Shown: piece after piece, positions 63,561-64,000 of the stretch | How the letters are laid out: each line of letters opens with the position of its first letter | Numbering within the stretch: position 1 is the first letter of the stretch | NCBI GenBank assembly: GCA_030264375.1 | Contig: JASCQW010000098.1 | Coordinates: 64,568,008-64,632,007, forward strand | Reading direction: 5' to 3' | Source of the DNA: Carcharhinus longimanus | Lineage: Eukaryota | DNA: 64,000 nucleotides | Notes under the pieces: model-generated | The model's database searches: none | What the model was told of the DNA's origin: nothing | Seen by the model: the letters and a program-made list of their open reading frames with translations, nothing else | Translations under genes and position numbers: made by a program

Positions 63561-64000
63561 AGGATAATTTATGCAAAAAAAATCACTCCAGGTGGTTGGT
63601 GCTTGTAGTCCCTATTAATTAGTCTATGGGTGAAATTGCAAGCTGCTCCGTTCACAGTACAATTCTTCCCTTGCTTCAGAAGATATTAGAATTAGTTCTA
63701 TTTTTTCTGCACATTGGAATGCTTGTCATGCAGGTTATCTAAGAATGGTGGTATGAAAATATCAGGAAAATACATTAAATTCAAATTTTTTGCTGGTCAT
63801 ATGTTCTTAAAAAATATTGGGAAATACAGCCTGCTTAAAGGCAGGGACAGTTTGGTCGTGTGAATAGAATTAGTACTTTCAAAATTTTGATTCTTGATTT
63901 GATTTATTATTATCACATGTATTAACATACAGTGAAAAGTCTTGTTTCTCACATGCTGTACAGACAAAGCATACCATTCATAGAGAAGGAAAGGAGAGAG

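Noticed and set aside
1-64000. Prokaryotic operon, defence system or CRISPR array
   Set aside because: Spliceosomal exon-intron gene and vertebrate repeats throughout; no regularly spaced direct repeats with unique spacers.
57123-64000. Further DYNC2H1 exons (expected ...VVQALRLNTMSK...)
   Set aside because: No matching peptide found by eye; next exon presumably lies beyond the window.

Overview
Eukaryotic genomic DNA, most likely from a shark or other cartilaginous fish. That assignment is inferred from HE1-like V-SINEs, CR1 tails and the vertebrate-type gene. The whole window lies inside one + strand gene, DYNC2H1 (cytoplasmic dynein-2 heavy chain, the retrograde IFT motor). I traced 29 GT-AG exons between 3374 and 57122. 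They total 4528 nt, join in one continuous reading frame, and run from the N-terminal tail through the linker into AAA1 (Walker A GPAGTGKT, Walker B CFDEFNR). The gene start and end lie outside the window. One expected in-frame exon of about 150 nt is not visible and is probably hidden in a 397-N gap. One intron is only 59 nt. Introns are full of decayed mobile DNA: CR1, L2 and RTE LINEs, V-SINEs with two different tails, a Deu-type SINE, two PIF/Harbinger transposase relics with many related MITEs, a solo LTR, an integrase relic, and a Penelope-like RT/GIY-YIG relic. Short Penelope-type repeats carry minimal hammerhead-ribozyme cores. No prokaryotic system, CRISPR array, or intact rRNA/tRNA gene is present. 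Homology calls come from motif recognition and recalled sequences, not from database searches. Repeat boundaries are approximate unless a target-site duplication is quoted.
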